NCBI GenBank assembly: GCA_050699595.1
Contig: JBOHFI010000028.1
Coordinates: forward strand, 2,427-66,426
Reading direction: 5' to 3'
DNA length: 64,000 nucleotides
DNA from: Pseudonocardiaceae bacterium
Lineage (GTDB): Bacteria > Actinomycetota > Actinomycetes > Mycobacteriales > Pseudonocardiaceae
The notes under the pieces are model-generated. The model did not search any database, was not told where the DNA came from, and worked only from the letters and a program-made list of their open reading frames with translations. Numbering within the stretch: the first letter of the stretch is position 1; the number at the start of each line of letters is the position of its first letter. Below, one piece after another: positions 35,819 to 43,798 of this stretch. The position numbers were made by a program, and so were the translations under genes.

Positions 35819-37015
35819 TTAGATGAAACCCTGCCTCAGGGTCGCGACGGAGACGTGCGGCCAGCCCACATTTGTCGGAAGATTGTTTGCGACCTCGAAG
35901 TTCAGGATGGTCATCTGCGCGTACTGAAGTTGTTTGAAGGGCGGGAGGAGCTTGCGGCTGACTTTCTCGATCCAGAATGTGGCGTAGACCAGCGCGGTCT
36001 CGGCATTCGGCCCCAGTTTTCCGGCTGGTTCGCCACCCTCGAGGAAAGGGATGTTCCGGACACCGCCGGTCACGTCTAGGGGGCTCACGTCGACAGTCGG
36101 ATCGCCGGGTGGCGGCAATCGATGACTGTTGGCTTTCTTGAAAAACGTGATTTTTGCCTGGCTCGCGATATTGAGTGCGACTCCCTCGAAGGTGTCCCCG
36201 TCGGCGACCTGCTGATTGATGACGGCTTGGAGGAGTTTGATCGGGTCGTTGACCACGTCCTGCATGGGTACGCCGTTGATCTGCTTGGGAAGGGGAGGCT
36301 CGGGTGGGTTGGTCCTGAAGGGCGTCCGGGGATTGTCAATGCCTTCGGGGATGGTGAGGTCGTACTCCGGAAATGGTTTAGGCGCGGGCGTGGACAGCTT
36401 CTCCGAGGTTCCCGGCGCGTGGATGATCTGTGGGGGTATGATGAACGGGGTACTGTTGAATGAGGGGAACTGGGAGAACGCGTATTCCGCGGCGGGAGTC
36501 TTGAGGGTCGGCGGGCCGGTGAAGTTTTGGGCCGTGCCCTGGGCGAGTATGGAGGTACCATGGGGGATCGATCCCAATCGGGCTACGATCTGCCCGCCCG
36601 GGGGAGCCGACTCCGGCGGGTAGGTCGTCGGCGGCTGCGTGATCCAGAGTCCGGGTTCGATGTGGAGCAGGCCTCCGGTGGAGGCGTCGGTGATCTGTTG
36701 AAGATAGGTCAAGCCGAATAGGTCGATGTCATCCTGCCCGAACCCTCGGTTCGGGACCGACGCGTTGATGGGATCGAATTTCAACGTTTCCCGTGTTTGA
36801 TTGAGTTGAAGATACAGATCAGCCTTATCTTTGCCGGCCGGCCGCTTGATGTTATCGTGGAAATCCGGTCGCGCGATGAGGTTGAATCCGGTCCCCTGCC
36901 AGGTTCCGGCGAGTTCCCCGAGAAGCCCCAGATTGCCGAGGATGGTAGTGTTGTCAAGTGCGAGCCGAACCGAGTTTATGCCTATGTCGACCGGAATCCC
37001 GCCTGGTGTTGACAT
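35819..37015 (-). CDS. hypothetical protein; N-terminus resembles nitrobindin/THAP4-type heme-binding beta-barrel (weak)
   Basis: 398 aa with LGLLGELAGTWQGTGFNLIARP near the N-terminus. It is Pro-rich and its GC is clearly lower than the neighbours. Confidence 0.6.
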   Translation of the reverse strand: MSTPGGIPVDIGINSVRLALDNTTILGNLGLLGELAGTWQGTGFNLIARPDFHDNIKRPAGKDKADLYLQLNQTRETLKFDPINASVPNRGFGQDDIDLFGLTYLQQITDASTGGLLHIEPGLWITQPPTTYPPESAPPGGQIVARLGSIPHGTSILAQGTAQNFTGPPTLKTPAAEYAFSQFPSFNSTPFIIPPQIIHAPGTSEKLSTPAPKPFPEYDLTIPEGIDNPRTPFRTNPPEPPLPKQINGVPMQDVVNDPIKLLQAVINQQVADGDTFEGVALNIASQAKITFFKKANSHRLPPPGDPTVDVSPLDVTGGVRNIPFLEGGEPAGKLGPNAETALVYATFWIEKVSRKLLPPFKQLQYAQMTILNFEVANNLPTNVGWPHVSVATLRQGFI

Positions 37016-37210
37016 TGTTGCTCTCCATTCATGAAGGTCACGCTGAGTAACGTGGACCTAGCGCTGACGTATGGAGGAGCGGCGAGCCGGCATCGGTGAT
37101 ACGTCAGGTCCGGAAGATGTCATCCACGTTGACGCGCCAGTGATGGTTGTTATGCGCGAAACCGCCGGGCGGGTCGAGGCCGTTGCGTACGGGTCGGTAG
37201 CCTCTGCGCG

Positions 37211-37933
37211 ATGATCAGACCGGCGGTGGCTCTGGGCGTGGCGGGGACCATGGCCGCCGCTGTCGGCTGGGCCGCTCCGGTGTTGCTCCGGGACCGGGTG
37301 CTGCGCGCGGCGGTGTGGCCTGGCCTGGCCGGTATCGGCCGGCCGGGCGGCGTGGCGTTGACTTTCGACGACGGACCCGACCCCGATGGCACCCCCGCGG
37401 TGCTCGACGCGCTGGATCGACTCGGCTGGACCGCCACGTTCTTCATGCTCGGTGCACAGGTGATGCGCTATCCGGACGTGGCGGCGGCGGTGGTGGCCGC
37501 TGGGCATGAAGCCGCGGTACACGGGTTCAGCCACCGCAACCACCTGGCCCGTGGGCCGGCCGACGTGCACCGGGACGTGGTGCGCGCCGCGGCGGTGATC
37601 GCTGCGGTGACCGGAGCGCGGCCGAGGTGGTTCCGGCCACCCTACGGCGTGCTCACGCTGGGGTCGCTGATCGCGGCCCGTCGCGCCGGGTTGCGTCCGG
37701 TGCTGTGGACGGCGTGGGGCCGGGACTGGGAAGCCCGCAGCCCGGCCCAGGTGGCGAACACCGTCGGAGGACACCTCAGGCCGGGCGGCACGGTTCTGCT
37801 GCACGACTCGGACTGTGTGGCCCGGGTGGCCGGTAGCTGGCGGAGCACTGTGCAGGCGCTACCCCGGCTGGCTGAGCTCGCCGATCAGCTGGGCTGCGTG
37901 GTCGGACCGCTGCGCGACCACTTCGCCGAGTAG
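37211..37933 (+). CDS. polysaccharide deacetylase (NodB homology domain)
   Basis: VALTFDDGPDPDGTPAVLDAL...ATFFMLG...GHEAAVHGFSH...RPPYG...TVLLHD. Confidence 0.85.
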   Translation: MIRPAVALGVAGTMAAAVGWAAPVLLRDRVLRAAVWPGLAGIGRPGGVALTFDDGPDPDGTPAVLDALDRLGWTATFFMLGAQVMRYPDVAAAVVAAGHEAAVHGFSHRNHLARGPADVHRDVVRAAAVIAAVTGARPRWFRPPYGVLTLGSLIAARRAGLRPVLWTAWGRDWEARSPAQVANTVGGHLRPGGTVLLHDSDCVARVAGSWRSTVQALPRLAELADQLGCVVGPLRDHFAE

Positions 37934-37938
37934 GCCCA
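37877..37938 (+). repeat. 62-nt direct repeat copy 1 (deacetylase 3' end plus stop)
   Basis: ctcgccgatcagctgggctgcgtGgtcggaccgctgcgcgaccacttcgccgagtaggccca is identical to 45855-45916 except for one base. Confidence 0.9.
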
Positions 37939-38258
37939 CCGGGCGACTGACCGGTCGACATCCCGGCCAGGACGACCCGGTTCGCCTCCAGCGTCAACGA
38001 CGTGAGCGACACGCGCTGCTTTGCCGCCCTGACCAGCACCCCGTTGCGCGGGCACCTGGGCGGTCCCTGCGACCCGAAACGCCGGCTCGATCGCATTTCC
38101 GCCCCCTCGTGCCGCGTTAGTCCACGCAGAGGTACGTCTATCAAGGTTCGCTGACGCGACTTGACGCCTGGCTCGATACCGAACACCAGCCGCGCCTGGG
38201 GCACCACGAAATCTGGCGTGCCGGTGGGGTGACCGGACCTGGTACGCCGAAAGCAATA

Positions 38259-38879
38259 TCAGGCGAGGTCACGCGGACGGTCGTCCTTGGACGGACGCCA
38301 ATAGCCCGGCTTTTCGACCTCCCCCACCGGAATGAATCCGATGCCAAGGTTCACTGCCATCTCATCGTTGTTATCCGATATCGGCGTCCTGGCATGGACG
38401 ACTTCTTTGGCGTGAAAAATGATGACTTCTCCGGGCTCATGCACGATCGCGACCGGTTCGGGCCCGTGCGGAAACAGCAGAAGACCCGAGCGTCGTTCGG
38501 AAAAATATTCATGACGAAGCATGATGGTGACGTTAATCGTGAAATCACCGGTATCGAGATGTGGCGGGATATGACTTTTCGGGACATCGTAATAGCGATA
38601 ATTCCCGTGCCCGCTGGCGGTCGCCGGCATGGAATTTTCGTTTACGAAGGACGTCAATTCTTCGGAGTCGCGTAGCGCCTTTCCTGCAGGCCCCAGATCG
38701 GCGAAGTGCTGCGTGCGGTTCTGTGCCGCTCCTTCGCGTTGCTCCGCCGCTTCCCGCTGCAGGTCGGCGAATAGCTCCTCGGTCAGCCAGGCGGGACGAC
38801 CGAGGTAGAACACCCCGTCCTGTCGTCCTATCGGCCTCGTCGCGCGAGTGTCGGCCAAAGCTCGAGTTGCACCGGTCAC
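38259..38879 (-). CDS. hypothetical protein, possible Fe(II)/2-oxoglutarate-dependent oxygenase fold
   Basis: 206 aa with an H-x-D (PHLDTGD) and a distal His/Arg (EVVHARTP) spaced as in the 2OG-oxygenase jelly roll. GC is about 50-55%. The functional call is weak. Confidence 0.5.
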   Translation of the reverse strand: MTGATRALADTRATRPIGRQDGVFYLGRPAWLTEELFADLQREAAEQREGAAQNRTQHFADLGPAGKALRDSEELTSFVNENSMPATASGHGNYRYYDVPKSHIPPHLDTGDFTINVTIMLRHEYFSERRSGLLLFPHGPEPVAIVHEPGEVIIFHAKEVVHARTPISDNNDEMAVNLGIGFIPVGEVEKPGYWRPSKDDRPRDLA

Positions 38880-38996
38880 CGCAGGCCTCCCTTCGTCATC
38901 TTATGTAGAGACCGGAACCGAGTTCATGAACGCTATCACACCGCTAGCGGCCCGAGAAACAACTTGGCGACTAGCCGCCATCGTCACAACAAACCA

Positions 38997-39026
38997 TTGA
39001 CAGTCCATTGCGTAGCTGCGTAGCGT
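38997..39026 (+). promoter_or_regulatory. promoter candidate with a tandem 8-mer in the spacer
   Basis: TTGACA (38997-39002), 18 nt, TAGCGT (39021-39026). The spacer contains tgcgtagc twice in tandem (39009-39024). Confidence 0.35.
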
Positions 39027-39066
39027 TTGTACCGTGCCTATTTGACGATCAGAGAGGAGGTGTTCG

Positions 39067-39213
39067 ATGCACGAGGAAATGAACCAGGCAAGCGACGCCG
39101 GTGACGCGATTCCCGCCCCGCTGAATCACCCCGATGCCTTCCTGGTGTTCGAGTGGGACACAACTCAGTGCGACACAACCCAGAAGGGCGACGAGGGCGA
39201 ATCTGGCCGCTGA
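39067..39213 (+). CDS. unannotated 48-codon ORF: candidate RiPP precursor peptide
   Basis: agagaggagg-N6-ATG. MHEEMNQASDAGDAIPAPLNHPDAFLVFEWDTTQCDTTQKGDEGESGR*. It lies 180 nt upstream of the YcaO gene on the same strand and is below the 60-aa cut-off of the supplied ORF track. Confidence 0.45.
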   Translation: MHEEMNQASDAGDAIPAPLNHPDAFLVFEWDTTQCDTTQKGDEGESGR

Positions 39214-39256
39214 ATGTCGAGCAGTCCGACGCTCGGTTGCCGCAGTTCAACATGAG

Positions 39257-39301
39257 CAAGCTGCGTTCTCGCAAGCCTCGGCCACACGAGAACGCAGCTT
39301 G
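39257..39301 (+). terminator. 15-bp perfect stem-loop between the small ORF and the YcaO gene (attenuator or partial terminator candidate)
   Basis: caagctgcgttctcg (39257-39271) pairs with cgagaacgcagcttg (39287-39301) around a 15-nt loop. Confidence 0.5.
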
Positions 39302-39393
39302 TCCGAGAGTTACCTGCACCATGTCCGAGCACGTCGGTATTGACGAACCCTGGCGCCAACGCGGGCGCGGTGGATCGCTCGAAGGGTCCGAGT

Positions 39394-41664
39394 ATGACAA
39401 GCAGAAACTGCCATCCACGTCTGATCCGCGTTGATATCATCGCCCACCCCGATGGTGGTGTAGTGGTGACAACTCCACAGGGCAAGGCCTTCCGCGTCCA
39501 CCTTGATGAAGCCGAGTTGACGAACGTTCTCGTGGCCTGTGACGGACAGACCCCACTGCGAGATATCGTCAGTGATCGCGCTCAGTCAGACGAACTTCGC
39601 GCCTTGTTGGAGATGCTTCACGCCGAGGGTTGCTTGTCTAGTTCGGCATCGAAAACCAACATCGAGGACTGGGTCCGCTTCGGCGACTCGGTCACCGACT
39701 CTGACCGACCGTCTCGCACTGATCTGGTAGTGGTTGGATCCGGTCGTCTCGCCTCTACCGCAGCTGAATTGTTGCACAGTGTTTTCGGGAAACGGTTCGG
39801 CAGTGCACGGTCTATTGCGTCGCCTGCCGAGCTAACCCGAGGTGACCAGACGGCGGACACGGTGATGTTGGTGTTCGCTGACCAGTTCGACCATTCTATG
39901 CTCACCGCCATCGACCACGACCGCAGACAAGACGGCCGCTGGTGGTCGTACTTCTACTTCGATGTGCAGCGAGGCTGGTTCGGTCCTCACTCGCAGCCCG
40001 GTCGTGGGCCGAGCTTCGCCGACTCGTACGCCCGCAGGCTGGCTGCCGCAGCCGACCCGGCAGCGATCCGAGGGCGGGAAACTCGCTCGCATACATGGGA
40101 CGAGTATCTGCCACCGCACCCAGAGTTGGTATGGATGTTGTCGGCCTACCTCATCGACGTCGAACGGTGGCTCGCCGGCACCCCAGCGCTCGGACTTTGG
40201 CATGAGGTCGAGCTCAACCCGATCGCCATGCACATCACTCGCTGTCCGGTACTGCCTCTGCCTGACTCGCCGCCGGCACATCTTCCGCGTGGGCTGGTGC
40301 CCGATCCGACCGAAATGCTTCTCAATGCCCGCCTGGGAATTGTCACCAGCCTCTCCATGGTCGCGCCTCACCCGTCTGTGCCCACACTGACGACGATCAA
40401 GGCTGCCGGTTGCGACATCAGCCGCGTACGTCCATGGAACAACGATCCCGTCGGTGGCGGAAGCAGCTTCGGTGACGTCGATCGTGCGCGGGAAGCCGCC
40501 ATCGGCGAACTTGTCGAGCGTTACTGCGGTAACATCGTCCGCCCCGACTTGCTCAGCTGGGCGACCTTCGACGAGCTAGCAGCCGCAGGCGAGCATGCGG
40601 TGGATCCAGACAGTCTGGCCCTGTTCTCACAGCGCCAATACGCCGCGTCTGGCTTTCCGTTCGTCCCGTTGACCCGCGACACGCCAATCCACTGGGTACG
40701 TGGCCGGTCGCTGACCAGAGACGTGGCAGCCTGGTTACCGGCCAGCCTGGTCTATATCAATTGGTACAACACACCGTGGGGTACGGGTGACCCGCCCACG
40801 AACGGCACGTTCCACCCCGGGGTGGCTACTGGTTCGACTCTGCACAACTCTGTGGCCTCCGGGCTGCAGGAGATCATCGAACGACACGCCACGATGGTGT
40901 GGTGGCTCAATCGCCAGCCATTACGTGCTGTGAAAGCCGCCTCGGAAATTCACTCAGTCTGGCGGAACCGCGTGTCGGACGATCAGCTGCGCGCCTGGCT
41001 GATCCATATCGACAACGAGTTCTCCGTTCCAGTGATGGCGGGTGTCGTCGAAGACACGGCGCAGTCTTTTTTCACGATCGGGTTCGCCGCGCGCGCCACC
41101 CCCGAGGAAGCCGCCTTGAAGGCATGGGCCGAGGGGGTGATCCTTCAGGAAGTCAGCCGAGAACTACAGTCGCCGACGAGTGCCTACAGTTCAGCAATCG
41201 CCCGTGGCCGGCTACCAGACCAGGGGCTCAAGCCGTGGCGGGCAGATCGGCGGTACCTCGACGACTATCGTGCTGATTTCCATGATGTCGTGACATTGAT
41301 CTGTCAAAGCCAGATCTATCTCGACCCCAGGGCCGCGGAGCTCGTACGACCGTGGGTCGATGTCCCCGTCGACCGGTCGATGCTGGATCTGCCGCGGCTT
41401 AAGTCTGGAAGCCTGGCCGCTGTACAAGCCGCTGTACAAGTCGCTGGGTACGAGATCTTCTACGCCGACATCACCACGCCCGATGTCGCGGCCGCAGGGT
41501 TGAGCGTCACCCGGACTCTCGTGCCGGGCACGATCGCGAACTCCCCCGCAGCCTTCCCCTTCCTTGGTGGCCGCGTCGTGCAGGACAGTGCGGTCCGGCT
41601 TGGATGGCAGTCCCGTCCCCTGTCGGAAGCCGAACTAACCACGATTCCGTTGCCGCATACGTAG
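39394..41664 (+). CDS. fused E1-like (SagC/Ocin-ThiF-like) / YcaO-domain enzyme
   Basis: C-terminal half: GGGSSFGDVDRAREAAIGELVERYCG ... GVATGSTLHNSVASGLQEIIERHATMVWW (YcaO ATP/Mg-binding blocks). N-terminal ~330 aa contain a Rossmann-like LVVVGSGRLASTAAELL. The start is either 39394 or 39340. Confidence 0.8.
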   Translation: MTSRNCHPRLIRVDIIAHPDGGVVVTTPQGKAFRVHLDEAELTNVLVACDGQTPLRDIVSDRAQSDELRALLEMLHAEGCLSSSASKTNIEDWVRFGDSVTDSDRPSRTDLVVVGSGRLASTAAELLHSVFGKRFGSARSIASPAELTRGDQTADTVMLVFADQFDHSMLTAIDHDRRQDGRWWSYFYFDVQRGWFGPHSQPGRGPSFADSYARRLAAAADPAAIRGRETRSHTWDEYLPPHPELVWMLSAYLIDVERWLAGTPALGLWHEVELNPIAMHITRCPVLPLPDSPPAHLPRGLVPDPTEMLLNARLGIVTSLSMVAPHPSVPTLTTIKAAGCDISRVRPWNNDPVGGGSSFGDVDRAREAAIGELVERYCGNIVRPDLLSWATFDELAAAGEHAVDPDSLALFSQRQYAASGFPFVPLTRDTPIHWVRGRSLTRDVAAWLPASLVYINWYNTPWGTGDPPTNGTFHPGVATGSTLHNSVASGLQEIIERHATMVWWLNRQPLRAVKAASEIHSVWRNRVSDDQLRAWLIHIDNEFSVPVMAGVVEDTAQSFFTIGFAARATPEEAALKAWAEGVILQEVSRELQSPTSAYSSAIARGRLPDQGLKPWRADRRYLDDYRADFHDVVTLICQSQIYLDPRAAELVRPWVDVPVDRSMLDLPRLKSGSLAAVQAAVQVAGYEIFYADITTPDVAAAGLSVTRTLVPGTIANSPAAFPFLGGRVVQDSAVRLGWQSRPLSEAELTTIPLPHT

Positions 41665-41679
41665 GTCTGAGAGCAGCAG

Positions 41680-41831
41680 TCGGTCCGAGGCCGCGTCCAG
41701 CCCGGGGTCTGCTTGAACAGACGAAACGTGTGCTCGAGACTGAAACGGCGTAGGAATGCCTGCCAGCAACGATCGACTTCGGCCGGGGTGGCGTCCACAC
41801 CCGGCCACCGCAACCAGACCGGCTGGTTCAC
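41680..41831 (-). pseudogene. DDE transposase internal fragment
   Basis: NQPVWLRWPGVDATPAEVDRCWQAFLRRFSLEHTFRLFKQTPGWTRPR is a block I recognise from actinomycete DDE transposases (IS701-like). Only about 50 codons are present. Confidence 0.4.
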
Positions 41832-41837
41832 TTCACC

Positions 41838-42647
41838 TCATAAGAGCCACTGGCGCGCGGCGATGAACCCGGCCTGAAACCGGCTCTTGGCTCCGAGATG
41901 ATCGAGAATTTCACCCATGCGGCGGCTGATCGTGCGATCCGATATGTGTAGATTTCGTGCCGCAACCGTACTGGTCGATCCGGCCGCCAACTCGGCGACG
42001 ATATCCTTGAGATGCTGCGGCATCGGATCCACCGGCGACATTTCGATATGAGCCTGTATTGCAGACCAGAGAAAATCATGACACGCTGTCAGCAGATTCA
42101 CGGCATCCTGGTCCCGAACGACTAGCAGTCGCGGCCGACGATCTCTTTCCTGAAGCTCCGACAGCAACGCGATATCCCGGTTGAGGGCCATGAGCGGCAG
42201 CTGGATCGGAAGGTATCGAACAGCATCATTAACGCCGTTTGGTTGCGGGGATCGTTGGGTGGGGGTCCGCCCTGCCGGATCGGTCGACTCGAGGATACGG
42301 GACGATCTTGCCGCATCGTCCTTGCCCATGAGGCCTACACAAAACAGCAGCAAATTGATGCTGTGCGGCGATCCTCGACCGATGGTTAATCGTTGGACGA
42401 TCGGATCTGGGCATGCGGAATCGCTGTAGACAGATTGGCGGTACTCGCTGGAAAAACGCTCGATCTCACTCTTGTCGGAAAGGTGAGAGACTGCGGGCAG
42501 CTGTTGAACTCGGCGGGTCACTTCCTGAAGGATTGACGCGGCCAACAGCTCCAGATAGCCTACGCCGACCGCGACGGTATTGGGGGTGCCGGCTGATGTG
42601 GTAGATGTCCGTGCCGGAGAGATCCTTGGTGGTGAAGGCCTCGACAT
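41838..42647 (-). CDS. LuxR-family (GerE-type HTH) regulator; N-terminal domain unknown
   Basis: C-terminal LKDIVAELAAGSTSTVAARNLHISDRTISRRMGEILDHLGAKSRFQAGFIAARQWLL. The start is uncertain (ATG 42647 chosen; the ORF is open to 42917). GC is lower than surroundings. Confidence 0.6.
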   Translation of the reverse strand: MSRPSPPRISPARTSTTSAGTPNTVAVGVGYLELLAASILQEVTRRVQQLPAVSHLSDKSEIERFSSEYRQSVYSDSACPDPIVQRLTIGRGSPHSINLLLFCVGLMGKDDAARSSRILESTDPAGRTPTQRSPQPNGVNDAVRYLPIQLPLMALNRDIALLSELQERDRRPRLLVVRDQDAVNLLTACHDFLWSAIQAHIEMSPVDPMPQHLKDIVAELAAGSTSTVAARNLHISDRTISRRMGEILDHLGAKSRFQAGFIAARQWLL

Positions 42648-43798
42648 GTTCGCGGGAACCGGACGCGGTGAAAACGACCCCCCGACGGCCTGCACGTTCC
42701 CTCCTCCGCGTCTCAGAGCCGCACACCCGAGCCGGCGACGGGCAGGTGTTGGATGTGGCGATCGAACCAGCCGGGCATCTGGAGCGGAGACCGAAGGTCG
42801 CGGGCCTGAGCCGGGCATCGTGGGCAGCGGAACCGTCCATCCATCCCTGCTCCGTGACCGAGAGCCAACACCATGATCGGCCCTCTCGTCGCGGTCCAGT
42901 CGCATCCCCGTGGCCACCCCTCCGACCCGGCGTTCAGATCAGCAATCATCATGCGTGGTATCATAAGCTCATATGAACACGGTTTGTCAACGTGTTGTGT
43001 CCGCTCACCTCCGGCTACCGTCAGCTTGGATCGGGGGCTGTAGGCCCTTGCAGGTGATGCCGCTCGCAGGGACGTACAGCTATGGTCCGTGTCGAGAGAT
43101 TCGCGGCGACCCGGCGCGCTTCCTGCCGCGTTCAATGTTGGGCAAAAGCAGCAGAGAGTCGATTTGATTGGCGCCGTGAGTACCCCAGCCCAAGCGGTAT
43201 CCCGGCCTCCTCGACGGGCATCGATTCTGGTCCGTGCGTACCGGGATCCACCGGAGAGAGGGGGCCGTCAGACTATTGCGTCTGGACGCAGCAAGCCCGA
43301 TCGGCATGTGGAGGAGGTTGGTGATCTATGTCCACGAGATGATCGATGAAGAGATTCTGGCTCGTCGTGAGCTCGATAAAGCTATGCCAGCGCATCGCTG
43401 CTCGGCGTAGCCGGTTCACCTTGCTGGGTGGAGCGCCAGCGCGTCTGGGTGCGGTCGCAGAACTCAGCGTAGGTCAGGTCTGTGGGGGATCCTCCGGCGC
43501 CGGCCGGCCGGCTGCTCGCAGTATGTCCAGCTCCGCAGCCGGCGCTTCTAGCTCGCCACCGGCACGCGGATGACACGCCTGCCGACACGCATCCCCAGGC
43601 GGGTTTCGACTCCCGGCAACAGTTATGATAAGATCAAGAGGAGTGTTGGTTGCCTGCAAGCGCGAAGACGCGAGGTCCAGTTGGGTCGCGAAGGTATGGA
43701 CCGCGTAGCCTGACTGGGACGGCGCTTCGGTAAAATCACCCTATTGTGCAGGACACGTTGAATCGGACCTGAGCAGTCCGGTCGGTTGGAGGTGGCCG

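Noticed and set aside
39321-39434. Second small ORF (MSEHVGIDEPWRQRGRGGSLEGSEYDKQKLPSTSDPR) between the hairpin and the YcaO gene
   Set aside because: It has no RBS, overlaps the YcaO start region in another frame, and its core lacks Cys/Ser/Thr clustering.
43600-43798. Rifamycin-associated element upstream of the HelD-type helicase
   Set aside because: I could not identify a GC-rich palindrome of the expected type in the 200 nt upstream, and I do not trust my memory of the exact consensus. No claim is made.
42917-43798. ORFs between the LuxR and helicase genes (43080..43307, 43346..43573, 43382..43588, 43623..44126)
   Set aside because: They are short and overlapping, with no motifs. They are probably junk or decayed island DNA.
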